Shown here: positions 55,077 through 64,000 of the stretch, piece by piece
How the letters are laid out: each line of letters begins with the position of its first letter
Numbering within the stretch: position 1 is the stretch's first letter
Assembly (NCBI GenBank): GCA_023129115.1
Contig: JAGMCR010000003.1
Coordinates: 1-64,000, forward strand
DNA from: Candidatus Iainarchaeum sp.
Lineage (GTDB): Archaea; B1Sed10-29; WALL01
Length of the DNA: 64,000 bases
Direction: 5' to 3'
Notes under the pieces: generated by a model
Database searches by the model: none
Seen by the model: only the letters and a program-made list of their open reading frames with translations
What the model was told of the DNA's origin: nothing
Translations under genes and position numbers: made by a program

Positions 55077-57988
55077 TGGCCACTAGGATACTCGTGAGGT
55101 TCAGGGGGCAATACCCTGACGCGAGGGCAGGTTACGTCGAGAAGAGGATAAATTCCTATCTTGGGATAAGCGCGTCGGTGGATAGGGTTGACGTCTACAC
55201 GATTGAAGAAGGCCTTGGGGGGGAAGAGCTCGAGAAGGCAGAGAGCCTGTTCGTGGACCCCGTGACGCAGGAGACACTGGCTGACGGCGACTACGAGAGC
55301 CTGGTGGAGGTTGGGTTCCTGCCAGGCGTGAAGGACACTGTTGGCGAGACGTCGAGGAAGGCGCTGTCCGAATTGGCGGGGAGGGATGTGGGCCCGATTT
55401 ACACTTCTGTCCAGTACCGGCTGAGGGGCGCCGGCAAGGAAGAGACGGAGCGCATTGCGGCAGAGCTTCTCGCAAACAGCATGATACAGCACTGGAGGGT
55501 GTTCGGCCGGGGCGAAAACGTGGAGATGCCTATCCCAAAGGTGGAGCTGGGGCACGTCGGCGAGGCAAAAGCCGTCAGCCTCGAGCTGGACGACGCCGGG
55601 CTGGAGAAGCTTAGCGCGGACTGCTCGCTTGCACTGGGCCTGGCCGACATGAAGACGATAAAGGAGTATTACTCGCGCGAGGCGGTGGGGGCAGAGCGCG
55701 CGGAGAACGGTTTGCCGGAGTCGCCCACTGACGTGGAGCTCGAGATAATCGCGCAGACGCAGAGCGAGCACTGCAAGCACAGGATATTCAACGGCAGGAT
55801 AAAGTACTCGGGGCCGGAGGGAAAAGAAGAGATTGACAGCCTCTTCAAGAGCTACATCAAGAAGTCGAGCGAAGAAATCGCGAAGCAGCGTAGGTGGATT
55901 GTCTCGATGTTCTGGGACAACGCGGGCGTGGCGTCGCTGAACGATGAATGGAATTACGTCGTGAAGTGCGAGACTCACAACAGCCCGAGCGCGCTCGACC
56001 CGTACGGCGGGGCGATTACGGGCATAGTTGGGGTGTACAGGGACCCGATGGGCACGGGCCTCGGCAGCAAGATAGTTGGGAGCACTTACGGCTTCTGCAC
56101 CGGGAGCCCATTTTATGATGGCGAGCTTAGGCCGAGGATGCCTCCGAAGCGGCTGCTGGACGGCGTTGTCGAGGGCGTCAAGGACGGCGGGAACAAGAGC
56201 GGCATCCCGACTGCGTGCGGGACAGTGTTCTTCGACGACGGCTGGCTCGGGAAGCCGCTGGTCTACGTGTCTGCGGTTGGCCTGATGCCGAAGGAAGTTG
56301 CCGGCAGGAAATCGCACGAGAAGCACATTGACTCCGGCGACCGTGTGGTGATGGCCGGCGGCAGGGTAGGCAAGGACGGAATCCACGGCGCGACCGAGAG
56401 CAGCCTCGAGGGCGGCGCGTGGATTACTGCTGGCCACGTGCAAATTGGCGACCCGTTCACGCAGAAGAAGGTGCAGGACTTCATACTGGAGGCCCGGGAC
56501 GAGGGGCTGTACAACGCAATAACTGACCTTGGGGCTGGGGGGATTTCTTCTGCGGCTGGCGAGAGCGCGTGCATGAGCAACGGGTGCACCCTGGACCTGG
56601 ACCAGGTCCCGCTGAAGTACTTGGGGCTGGAGCCGTGGGAGATACTGGTGTCCGAGTCGCAGGAAAGGATGCTGCTTGCCGTGCCGCCAAAGAACATGGA
56701 GCGGCTGCGCGAGCTTGCGGAGAGGCATGACGTCGAGATGAGCGACATCGGCGTGTTCGAGGGCACTGGAAAGTTCACTGCGCTGTACGGCGGGAAAAAA
56801 GTGTGCTTCCTGGACATGGGCTTCCTGCACGCTGGGTTCCCGCAGCTGCAGCTAGAGGCCGAGTGGGCGCCGAAGGAGTGGGACGAGCCGACGCTGCCCG
56901 AGGAGGAGCATGGCAGGCTGATTCACGAGATGGTCGCGAGGGAGAACATTGCGAGCAAGGAGTGGGTGCAGAGGCAGTACGACCACGAGGTGCAGGGCGG
57001 CAGCGTGATAAAGCCGTTCATCGGCGCGGGGAACGACGGCCCGGGCGACGCTGCTGTGCTCAGGCCTGTGCTCGACAGGAAGGAGGGGCTGGCGATTGCG
57101 GCCGGGTTCAACCCGAAGTACAGCAAGATTGACGCCTACCACATGGCCGCGCTTTCCCTGGACGAGGCGCTGCGCAAGGTGATTTCTGTGGGCGCGGCCT
57201 TGGGGCACGTGGCGCTGAACGACAACTTCTGCTGGCCCAACTCGGTTTACGACAGCGAGAAGAACCCGGACGGCAGGCACAAGCTCGCGCAGCTGGTGCG
57301 GGCGAACAAGGCGCTTTACGACTACACGACTTACTTTGGGACGCCGTGCATCTCGGGCAAGGACAGCATGTTCATTGATGGGGCGGTCAAGGACTCAAGC
57401 GGAAAGGAGCACAAGGTAAGTGGGCTAGGGGCCGTGATGTTCACTGCGGTCGCCAAGGTGAACGACGTTGAGAAGTGCGTGTCGATGGACTTCAAGGGTG
57501 GGGGGGATTACGTTTACATCGTGGGGGAGACGAACGCGGAGCTCGGGGCAAGCGAGTACTACGAGGCCCGGGGCGCCGTTGGAAATGGGGTGCCGGAGCT
57601 CGACAAGGAAAAGGCGAAGAAGAATTACGAGTCGGTGGAGGCGGCGATTGCAAAGGGGATTGTCAGGTCGTGCCACGGCTGCTACCGCGGCGGGCTCGGC
57701 GTCGCGCTCGTGATGTGCTGTGCCGCGGGGGACGTCGGCGCGGAGATAGGCCTGGACGGGCTTCCCGGTAATGCGAAAACCGTGGTGGAGAGGCTTTATT
57801 CGGAGAGCGGGGCGAGGTTTGTTGTTACTGTTGCGCCGGAGTGCGCGAGTGAGTTTGAGTCGCTTGTCGCGGATGCAAAGCGGATTGGCACGGTTGGCGG
57901 CGACTCGCTGAAGATAACTGGCGTTCTTGACGAGAAAGTGAAGGCGCTGCGCGAGAGCTGGCAAAAGACGTTCAGGGGGTTCTGGTGA
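55076..57988 (+). CDS. purL: FGAM synthase PurL with N-terminal PurS-like extension
   Basis: QTQSEHCKH, ETHNSPS, DGIHGAT, DLGAGG, SESQERM, QYDHEV, ISGKDS. Confidence 0.95.
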   Translation: MATRILVRFRGQYPDARAGYVEKRINSYLGISASVDRVDVYTIEEGLGGEELEKAESLFVDPVTQETLADGDYESLVEVGFLPGVKDTVGETSRKALSELAGRDVGPIYTSVQYRLRGAGKEETERIAAELLANSMIQHWRVFGRGENVEMPIPKVELGHVGEAKAVSLELDDAGLEKLSADCSLALGLADMKTIKEYYSREAVGAERAENGLPESPTDVELEIIAQTQSEHCKHRIFNGRIKYSGPEGKEEIDSLFKSYIKKSSEEIAKQRRWIVSMFWDNAGVASLNDEWNYVVKCETHNSPSALDPYGGAITGIVGVYRDPMGTGLGSKIVGSTYGFCTGSPFYDGELRPRMPPKRLLDGVVEGVKDGGNKSGIPTACGTVFFDDGWLGKPLVYVSAVGLMPKEVAGRKSHEKHIDSGDRVVMAGGRVGKDGIHGATESSLEGGAWITAGHVQIGDPFTQKKVQDFILEARDEGLYNAITDLGAGGISSAAGESACMSNGCTLDLDQVPLKYLGLEPWEILVSESQERMLLAVPPKNMERLRELAERHDVEMSDIGVFEGTGKFTALYGGKKVCFLDMGFLHAGFPQLQLEAEWAPKEWDEPTLPEEEHGRLIHEMVARENIASKEWVQRQYDHEVQGGSVIKPFIGAGNDGPGDAAVLRPVLDRKEGLAIAAGFNPKYSKIDAYHMAALSLDEALRKVISVGAALGHVALNDNFCWPNSVYDSEKNPDGRHKLAQLVRANKALYDYTTYFGTPCISGKDSMFIDGAVKDSSGKEHKVSGLGAVMFTAVAKVNDVEKCVSMDFKGGGDYVYIVGETNAELGASEYYEARGAVGNGVPELDKEKAKKNYESVEAAIAKGIVRSCHGCYRGGLGVALVMCCAAGDVGAEIGLDGLPGNAKTVVERLYSESGARFVVTVAPECASEFESLVADAKRIGTVGGDSLKITGVLDEKVKALRESWQKTFRGFW

Positions 57989-58725
57989 TGGTCAAGGCAG
58001 TGGTCCTCACGGGCTACGGGATTAACTGCGACTACGAGACGACCCGCGCGCTTGAGCTGGCGGGCGCGGAGCCGGAGAGGGTTCACATTAGTTCCCTTGT
58101 GTCGAAGAGCCTTGACAGCTACCAGATACTCGTCGTGCCGGGGGGGTTCTCGTTCGGCGACGACATTGCCGCGGGGAAGATGCTCGCGAACAAAATGAAG
58201 CATGTGGCTGGCAGGCAAATCGAAAAGTTCATTACGGACGGAAAGCTCGTGATTGGGATTTGCAACGGGTTCCAGGCGCTGGTGAAGTACGCACTGCTGC
58301 CCGAGGTGGGCGAGCAAAAGGTGACGCTCACGTTCAACGGGTCCGGGAGGTTTGAGGACAGGTGGGTGCCGCTCAAGCCGGTGGGCGACAAGTGCGTTTG
58401 GACACGAGGCATCGAGGAGCTTTACCTGCCTGTGCGGCACGGCGAGGGCAAGCTCGTGGCGCCGCCCGAAGTGCTGAAGGACATAGAGGGCAGGGGCCTG
58501 GTCGCTCTGAGGTACGGCGGCTCGGGCTACCCTGACAACCCGAACGGGTCGCTGAACGACATCGCGGGGCTCTGTGACCCTAGCGGCAGGGTGTTTGGGC
58601 TGATGCCACACCCGGAGGCCTACCTGCACAGGACGAACCACCCTCGGTGGACGCGCGGGGAAAGCGGGACGCTGGGGCTTGAGGTCTTCAGGAACGCGGT
58701 GGACTATGCGGAGGCGGAATTATGA
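57985..58725 (+). CDS. purQ: FGAM synthase glutaminase subunit
   Basis: GINCD.E, PGGFSFGD, GICNGFQ, HGEG, NPNGS, MPHPE. Confidence 0.97.
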   Translation: MMVKAVVLTGYGINCDYETTRALELAGAEPERVHISSLVSKSLDSYQILVVPGGFSFGDDIAAGKMLANKMKHVAGRQIEKFITDGKLVIGICNGFQALVKYALLPEVGEQKVTLTFNGSGRFEDRWVPLKPVGDKCVWTRGIEELYLPVRHGEGKLVAPPEVLKDIEGRGLVALRYGGSGYPDNPNGSLNDIAGLCDPSGRVFGLMPHPEAYLHRTNHPRWTRGESGTLGLEVFRNAVDYAEAEL

Positions 58726-59573
58726 TAGTCACCGAGACTGGCCTTGGCTTCCCAAAGAGGCGGGGCAAGGTCAGGGATGTTTATGACCTTGGGGACAAAA
58801 TTCTGCTTGTTGCGACAGACCGTGTGTCTGCGTTCGACGTCGTGTTCAAGGAAGGCATCCCGAACAAGGGGAAAGCGCTGACCGGGATTTCTAATTACTG
58901 GTTCAGACGGATGGGGGGCATCGCGAAGAACGCGAACATTGCGGAGTGGCCGGAAGAGCTCAAGACGCCGGAATTGGAGGGCCGCGCGGTGCTGCAGAAG
59001 AAGGCAGAGGTTCTTCCGCTCGAGTTCATTGTGCGTGGGTACCTGGTCGGGTCGGCGTGGAGGAGCTACAAGAAGGACGGCAAGGTGCATGGTGTTGAGT
59101 TGCCTGCCGGGCTAAAGGAAAACCAGAGGCTTGACGAGCCGATGTTCACGCCCTCCACCAAGGCAGAAGTGGGCCATGACGAGAACATTAGCATTGCACA
59201 GGCGAGGGAAATCAGTGGGTACACGGACGAGGCCATGGAGAAGTCGCTTAGGATTTACGACGAGGCGTACCGGCACGCTGAAGGCAAGGGGATAATAATC
59301 TGTGACACGAAGTTTGAGTTTGGGCTTGTTGACGGGGAGCTTGTGCTGATTGACGAGCTGTTGACGCCTGACTCGTCGCGGTTTTGGTACAAGGAGAGCT
59401 ACGAGGCGGGCGAGCCGAAGTCTATGGACAAGGAGTACTTGCGGGAGTATTTGATGGGCCTGGACTGGGACCGCAGCCCACCTCCGCCGGCACTGCCTGA
59501 TGAAGTGGTCAACGAGCTGAGCAAGAGATATACGGAGATTCACGAGGCAATAACGGGTGAGAAAATTGTTTGA
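58722..59573 (+). CDS. purC: SAICAR synthetase
   Basis: [38 protein letters not shown]. Confidence 0.97.
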   Translation: MIVTETGLGFPKRRGKVRDVYDLGDKILLVATDRVSAFDVVFKEGIPNKGKALTGISNYWFRRMGGIAKNANIAEWPEELKTPELEGRAVLQKKAEVLPLEFIVRGYLVGSAWRSYKKDGKVHGVELPAGLKENQRLDEPMFTPSTKAEVGHDENISIAQAREISGYTDEAMEKSLRIYDEAYRHAEGKGIIICDTKFEFGLVDGELVLIDELLTPDSSRFWYKESYEAGEPKSMDKEYLREYLMGLDWDRSPPPPALPDEVVNELSKRYTEIHEAITGEKIV

Positions 59574-60519
59574 CGTGAAGAAGTGGATTGCAGAAGAGGA
59601 GGACTGGATTAGGGGGGCTGTCACCGGCGAGGCCGTGATAGCGACTTCGGGGGGGGTGGACTCAACGGTCGCGGCTGTGCTTGCGCACAAGGCACTTGGC
59701 AGGAAGCTGCACTGCATTTACGTCAACACTGGCTACATGCGGAAGGGCGAGGACGAGCACGTCAGGGAATTGTTCAAGGGGCTGGAGATGGAGGTCGAGG
59801 TGGTTGACGCGGGCAAGCGCTTCTACGACGCGCTGAAGGGCGTTACTGACCCGGAGGAGAAGAGGAAGATAATCGGCGAGCTTTTCATAAGGGTGTTCGA
59901 GGAGCGCGCCAAGCAGACCGGCGCCAAGTTCCTGGTGCAGGGCACGATTGCGCCCGACTGGATTGAGAGCGGTGCGGGCATAAGGGACAATATCAAGAGC
60001 CACCACAATGTCGGGGGCCTGCCCGAAAAGCACGGGTTCAAGCTGATTGAGCCGCTTCGCGAGCTGTACAAGGACGAGGTGCGGAAGGTCGGGAAGGAGC
60101 TTGGCATCGCCGAAGAGGTGTACAACCGGCAGCCGTTCCCCGGGCCTGGGTTGGCTGTGCGGATTATGGGGGAGGCGACCCCTGATAAGGTGAAGATCCT
60201 CCAGGAAGCGGTGCACATTGCGGAAGAAGAAATTGAGCGGGCTGCGAGGCGGGGGGAGTGCGAGATTCCGTGGCAGTATTTTGCCGTGCTTTTGCCGACG
60301 AAGACTGTGGGGGTATTGGGGGACAAGCGGGCCTATGGGTATACCATTGGGGTGCGCGCGGTGCAGAGCATCGACGGCATGACCGCAAAGTATTCGGAGA
60401 TCCCACATTCCGTGCTCGCAAGGATTTCTAACAGGATTACGCGCGAGCTCAAGGACCACGTCAACAGGGTGGTTTATGACATTACGTCGAAGCCGCCGGG
60501 GACAATAGAGTGGGAATAA
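59557..60519 (+). CDS. guaAB: GMP synthase, ATP pyrophosphatase subunit B
   Basis: [35 protein letters not shown]. Confidence 0.95.
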   Translation: MRKLFDVKKWIAEEEDWIRGAVTGEAVIATSGGVDSTVAAVLAHKALGRKLHCIYVNTGYMRKGEDEHVRELFKGLEMEVEVVDAGKRFYDALKGVTDPEEKRKIIGELFIRVFEERAKQTGAKFLVQGTIAPDWIESGAGIRDNIKSHHNVGGLPEKHGFKLIEPLRELYKDEVRKVGKELGIAEEVYNRQPFPGPGLAVRIMGEATPDKVKILQEAVHIAEEEIERAARRGECEIPWQYFAVLLPTKTVGVLGDKRAYGYTIGVRAVQSIDGMTAKYSEIPHSVLARISNRITRELKDHVNRVVYDITSKPPGTIEWE

Positions 60520-61091
60520 TGAGGATACTTGTTGTGAATTTTGGGTCGCAGTGGACGCACAGGATTTGGCGGCGGCTGCGCGACATGGGCTGCGAGACAG
60601 AAATAGTTGATGTTAGCACGCCGGTCGAAGAACTTGCGTGTGACGGCATTATTCTTTCGGGCGGTGCGATGAGCATTGGCAGTGGGGGCGAGGGGGAAGT
60701 GGGGCATGCGCACGAGTATCTTGACAAGTTGGATGTCCCGATACTCGGGATTTGCGCGGGGCAGCAATTCATCGCCCTGCACTTCGGCGGGAAGGCGCAG
60801 CCAGCAGAAAACCCGGAGTTCGGCGAGGTCGAGATAATAGTCGAGAAAGAGAATGACTTGTTCAGGGGGGTGCCCAAGCGATTCAAGGCCTGGGCGTCGC
60901 ACAACGACGAAATCACCGAGTGCCCGGGTTTTGAGATACTGGCCAGGTCCACAAAGGGCGTGAACCACGCGATGAGGCACACGGAGAACCCGATTTACGG
61001 GACACTCTTCCATCCCGAGGTTGAGCACACAGAGCACGGCGAGAGGATAATGCAGAATTTCGTCGATGTATGCCGAAAATGGAAGAAATAA
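60519..61091 (+). CDS. guaAA: GMP synthase, glutaminase subunit A
   Basis: FGSQW, ILSGG, LGICAG, SHND, FHPEV. Confidence 0.95.
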   Translation: MRILVVNFGSQWTHRIWRRLRDMGCETEIVDVSTPVEELACDGIILSGGAMSIGSGGEGEVGHAHEYLDKLDVPILGICAGQQFIALHFGGKAQPAENPEFGEVEIIVEKENDLFRGVPKRFKAWASHNDEITECPGFEILARSTKGVNHAMRHTENPIYGTLFHPEVEHTEHGERIMQNFVDVCRKWKK

Positions 61092-61116
61092 ATATAGGCT
61101 CGTTCATAGCTTTTAC

Positions 61117-62526
61117 ATGGGGTTCAAGGAAAAACTTGAGGCGGCGAAGGAGTCCTTCGCTTTTGACGACTTTTTGCTGATTCCTAATTTTACCACTGTC
61201 AATCCGGCAGAGGCCAATACTTCCACCAAGGTCGCCGGCATACGCCTCGCCATCCCAATACTCAGCGCTGCGATGGACACGGTGACAGAGTCGTCCATGG
61301 CCATCGAGCTGGCTCGCAGGGGAGGGCTCGGCGTGGTCCACCGTAACTTCACGATTGAGGAGCAGGTCTCCGAAGTGACGCGGGTCAAGCGCGCGGAGTC
61401 AGTCATTATCCAGGACGTCAAGACCATTCCGCCGGGAATCACGCTCCGCGAAATCCGTGACCTGTCGCGCGAGCTTTCGTTCTCCACTTTTCCCGTGGTG
61501 GACAATGGGAAGCTCGTTGGGATTATAAGCAACCGGGACGTGCAGTTCGAGCGCGACGAGACGAAGAAGGCGTCCGAGCTGATGACCAAGGAATTGATAA
61601 CCGCCGCAGAGGGCACGCCCCTCGAGAAGGTCACCGAGCTCATGCACAAGAACAGGATTGAGAAAGTGCCGGTCATGAAGGGGGAGAGGCTCGTCGGCAT
61701 CATAACCGTGCGCGACATCCTCTCGCGCAAGGAGTACCCCCAGGCAACGCGCGACAAGGAGGGCAGGCTCATGGTCGCGGCCGCCACAGGCCTTGACATG
61801 AAGCGCGTGGAAGCGCTTGTCAAGGCAGAGGCCGACCTGATAGTCATCGACACTGCGCACGGCCACAACACTGCCGTGGTCGAGTTCACGAGGAAAGTGA
61901 AGAAAGAGTTCGGGTGCAAGGTGTGCGCGGGCAACATATCCACGCCCGAGGCAGCCAAGGACTTGATTGCCGCGGGGGCGGACTCCCTCAAGGTGGGCGT
62001 CGGGCCCGGCTCGATTTGCACTACGAGGGTTGTCGCCGGCGTCGGCGTCGCGCAGCTGACTGCTGTGGCAAACGTTGCGGACGTGGCTGGCGACATAAGC
62101 GTGATTGCGGACGGCGGCATAAGGAATTCTGCTGACGTGGCAAAGGCCATCGCAATCGGGGCCAATGCCGTGATGGTGGGCAACCTGCTGGCCGGCACGG
62201 ACGAGGCGCCGGGCGAAATCGTTGTGAGGGACAACAAAAAGTACAAGCGATACCGGGGAATGGGCTCCAGGAAGGCTGTTGCGGACAGGTATTTCCAGGA
62301 GCAGTCGAAGTTCGTGCCCGAGGGCGTCGAGGGGCTGGTGCCGTACAAGGGCCGGGTGAAGGACATACTGAACTCGCTTGTCGGCGGGCTCCGCTCGTCC
62401 ATGGGCTACACCGGCGCGAAGAACCTGAAGGAGATGCAGCAGAAGGCGCGGCTAATCAAAATTACTTCTGCGGGCGTCATCGAGAGCGCGCCGCACGACC
62501 TTGACTATGTGGAGGAAAGCGAATGA
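61117..62526 (+). CDS. guaB: IMP dehydrogenase with CBS pair
   Basis: SAAMDTVTE, DTAHGH, GPGSICTTR, ADGGI, YRGMGS, PEGVEG. Confidence 0.97.
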   Translation: MGFKEKLEAAKESFAFDDFLLIPNFTTVNPAEANTSTKVAGIRLAIPILSAAMDTVTESSMAIELARRGGLGVVHRNFTIEEQVSEVTRVKRAESVIIQDVKTIPPGITLREIRDLSRELSFSTFPVVDNGKLVGIISNRDVQFERDETKKASELMTKELITAAEGTPLEKVTELMHKNRIEKVPVMKGERLVGIITVRDILSRKEYPQATRDKEGRLMVAAATGLDMKRVEALVKAEADLIVIDTAHGHNTAVVEFTRKVKKEFGCKVCAGNISTPEAAKDLIAAGADSLKVGVGPGSICTTRVVAGVGVAQLTAVANVADVAGDISVIADGGIRNSADVAKAIAIGANAVMVGNLLAGTDEAPGEIVVRDNKKYKRYRGMGSRKAVADRYFQEQSKFVPEGVEGLVPYKGRVKDILNSLVGGLRSSMGYTGAKNLKEMQQKARLIKITSAGVIESAPHDLDYVEESE

Positions 62527-64000
62527 AGGCGCTGCTCAGCGTTTCGGACAAGACAGGGATAACTGAATTCGCGAAAGGGCTTGTTGCAGCGGGGTACGAA
62601 ATTCTTTCGACTGGCGGCACTGCGAAGGCGCTGCGGGGCGCCGGGATAAAAGTAACTGACGTTTCTGACTACACTGGGTTTCCCGAGATAATGGGCGGCA
62701 GGGTGAAGACATTGCACCCCAAGGTGCACGGCGGCCTGCTTGCGGTGCGCGGGAACAAAGAGCACGAGAGGCAGATGAAGGAAAACGGCATAGACGCGAT
62801 TGGCTTGGTCGCGGTCAATCTCTACCCGTTCGAGGAAACGGTTAAGAAGGGTGGGAAGCTGGGGCAAGTTATAGAGAACATAGATATAGGCGGGCCTTCC
62901 ATGCTCCGGAGCGCCGCGAAGAACTACGAAAGCGTCGTTGTTGTTTGTGGCCCGGAAAGATATGGGCAAGTGCTTGAAGAGATAAAGGCGGGCGGGGTTA
63001 AGCCGGAGACCAGGAAAAAGCTTGCGGTCGAGGCGTTTGCCCACACCGCGAGGTACGACACGATTATCTCGAATTATCTGGGGGAAGAGGAGCTGCCGGA
63101 GACGCTCAACCTTACTTTTGACAAGATACAAAAGCTGCGGTACGGCGAAAACCCGCACCAGAAGGCGGCTTTCTACAGGGAGGCATTTGCTGCGGGGGCG
63201 ACTGTCTCGACGGCGAAGCAGCTGCACGGGAAAGAGCTGTCGTTCAACAATATTTATGACCTGAACTCTGCGCTTGAGTTGGTGAAGGAGTTCGGGGGGA
63301 CGGCGGTCGTGATACTGAAGCACAACAACCCGTGCGGGGTTGGCATTGACAGGAAGCAGGCCGAGGCGTACAGGAAGGCGATGGAGTGCGACCCGGTTTC
63401 TGCGTTCGGCGGCATTGTTGCTGTTAATGCGAAGCTTGAGCTGGCGACCGCGGAAGAGATTACAAAGACATTTATTGAGTGTGTGATTGCGCCGGGGTAT
63501 GACAAGGATGCGCTTGAGCACTTGAAGTCAAAGAAGAAGAACTTGCGTGTTTTGGAAGTGCCGAAGTTCGGGAAAGAGCCGAAGGCGATGACGCTGAAGA
63601 AAGTCGCCGGCGGAGTGCTTTTGCAGGGCCGGGACCAGGAATTGTTTGCCGGGCTGAAGGTTGCCACGAAGCGCAAGCCGGGCAAGGAAGAGATGAAGGC
63701 GCTCGAGTTTGCGATGAAGGTGTGCAAGCACGTCAAGAGCAACGCAATTATTTACGCTATGGGGGACAGGACGATTGGCATCGGCGCGGGGCAGATGAGC
63801 CGGGTTGACTCTGCAGTGGTCGGGGCGATGAAGGCAAAGAACGCGGGGCTGGACACGAGGGGGAGCGTGCTGGCGAGCGACGCTTTTTTCCCGTTCAGGG
63901 ATGCTGTGGACGCGGCGGCGAAGGCGGGCGTGACAGCGATTATCCAGCCGGGCGGCTCGATAAGGGACGAGGAAGTGATTGGCGCGTGCGACGAGCACGG
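62523..64000 (+). CDS. purH: bifunctional AICAR transformylase/IMP cyclohydrolase (runs off right edge; missing from ORF track)
   Basis: Translated by hand from ATG 62523: ALLSVSDK, STGGT, GRVKTLHP, IDIGGP, LRYGENPHQ, KHNNPCG, GAGQMSRVD, SDAFFPF, QPGGS. Confidence 0.96.
   Translation, partial: MKALLSVSDKTGITEFAKGLVAAGYEILSTGGTAKALRGAGIKVTDVSDYTGFPEIMGGRVKTLHPKVHGGLLAVRGNKEHERQMKENGIDAIGLVAVNLYPFEETVKKGGKLGQVIENIDIGGPSMLRSAAKNYESVVVVCGPERYGQVLEEIKAGGVKPETRKKLAVEAFAHTARYDTIISNYLGEEELPETLNLTFDKIQKLRYGENPHQKAAFYREAFAAGATVSTAKQLHGKELSFNNIYDLNSALELVKEFGGTAVVILKHNNPCGVGIDRKQAEAYRKAMECDPVSAFGGIVAVNAKLELATAEEITKTFIECVIAPGYDKDALEHLKSKKKNLRVLEVPKFGKEPKAMTLKKVAGGVLLQGRDQELFAGLKVATKRKPGKEEMKALEFAMKVCKHVKSNAIIYAMGDRTIGIGAGQMSRVDSAVVGAMKAKNAGLDTRGSVLASDAFFPFRDAVDAAAKAGVTAIIQPGGSIRDEEVIGACDEH

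Noticed and set aside
55073-63998. Long antisense ORFs (for example 55073-56830, 61113-62402, 62505-63521) and similar ones across the window
   Set aside because: Shadow frames of GC-rich genes with clear identities on the opposite strand
1-64000. CRISPR array, rRNA, integrase/transposase or reverse transcriptase
   Set aside because: No regularly spaced repeats or diagnostic motifs were seen

Overview
This is a GC-rich archaeal chromosome segment. Archaeal markers are the class I LysRS, a BHB-intron tRNA, RadA/RPA, GGPP and GGGP synthases, and class III-signal pilins. The small wHTH genes and pilin style look DPANN-like, but the lineage is only inferred. Layout: serS end, tRNA-Lys (non-canonical intron), lysS and idsA (1-4.1 kb). 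A type IV pilus locus wrapped in five KaiC-like ATPases, a sensor-less histidine kinase, a stand-alone REC protein and a V4R protein, bracketed by two 26-bp palindromes (4.1-21.8 kb). A DASS transporter, aminotransferase and ALDH (21.8-26.7 kb). A second signalling cluster with a kinase-less PAS/GAF sensor, FIST, a kinase-less Cache-HAMP sensor, a circularly permuted exported MBL, a HAMP kinase, REC and V4R (26.9-35.7 kb). An NYN islet, rpa-radA-radC, lemA-htpX, dut, an epimerase and GGGPS. A ~17.5-kb de novo purine supercluster running off the right edge. Most notable hypotheses: (1) a 'split' sensor-kinase system in which kinase-less sensors ending in a KFLxGRExRIIxLK tail sit in exact register with an ELExxxxAxxxxMxDL segment of the kinases; (2) two proteins fusing a single TBP-like repeat to V4R; (3) an exact circular permutation of a UPF0173 MBL; (4) three small islets flanked by stranded, diverged copies of neighbouring gene ends. 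All family calls come from motifs read by eye; no database searches were run.
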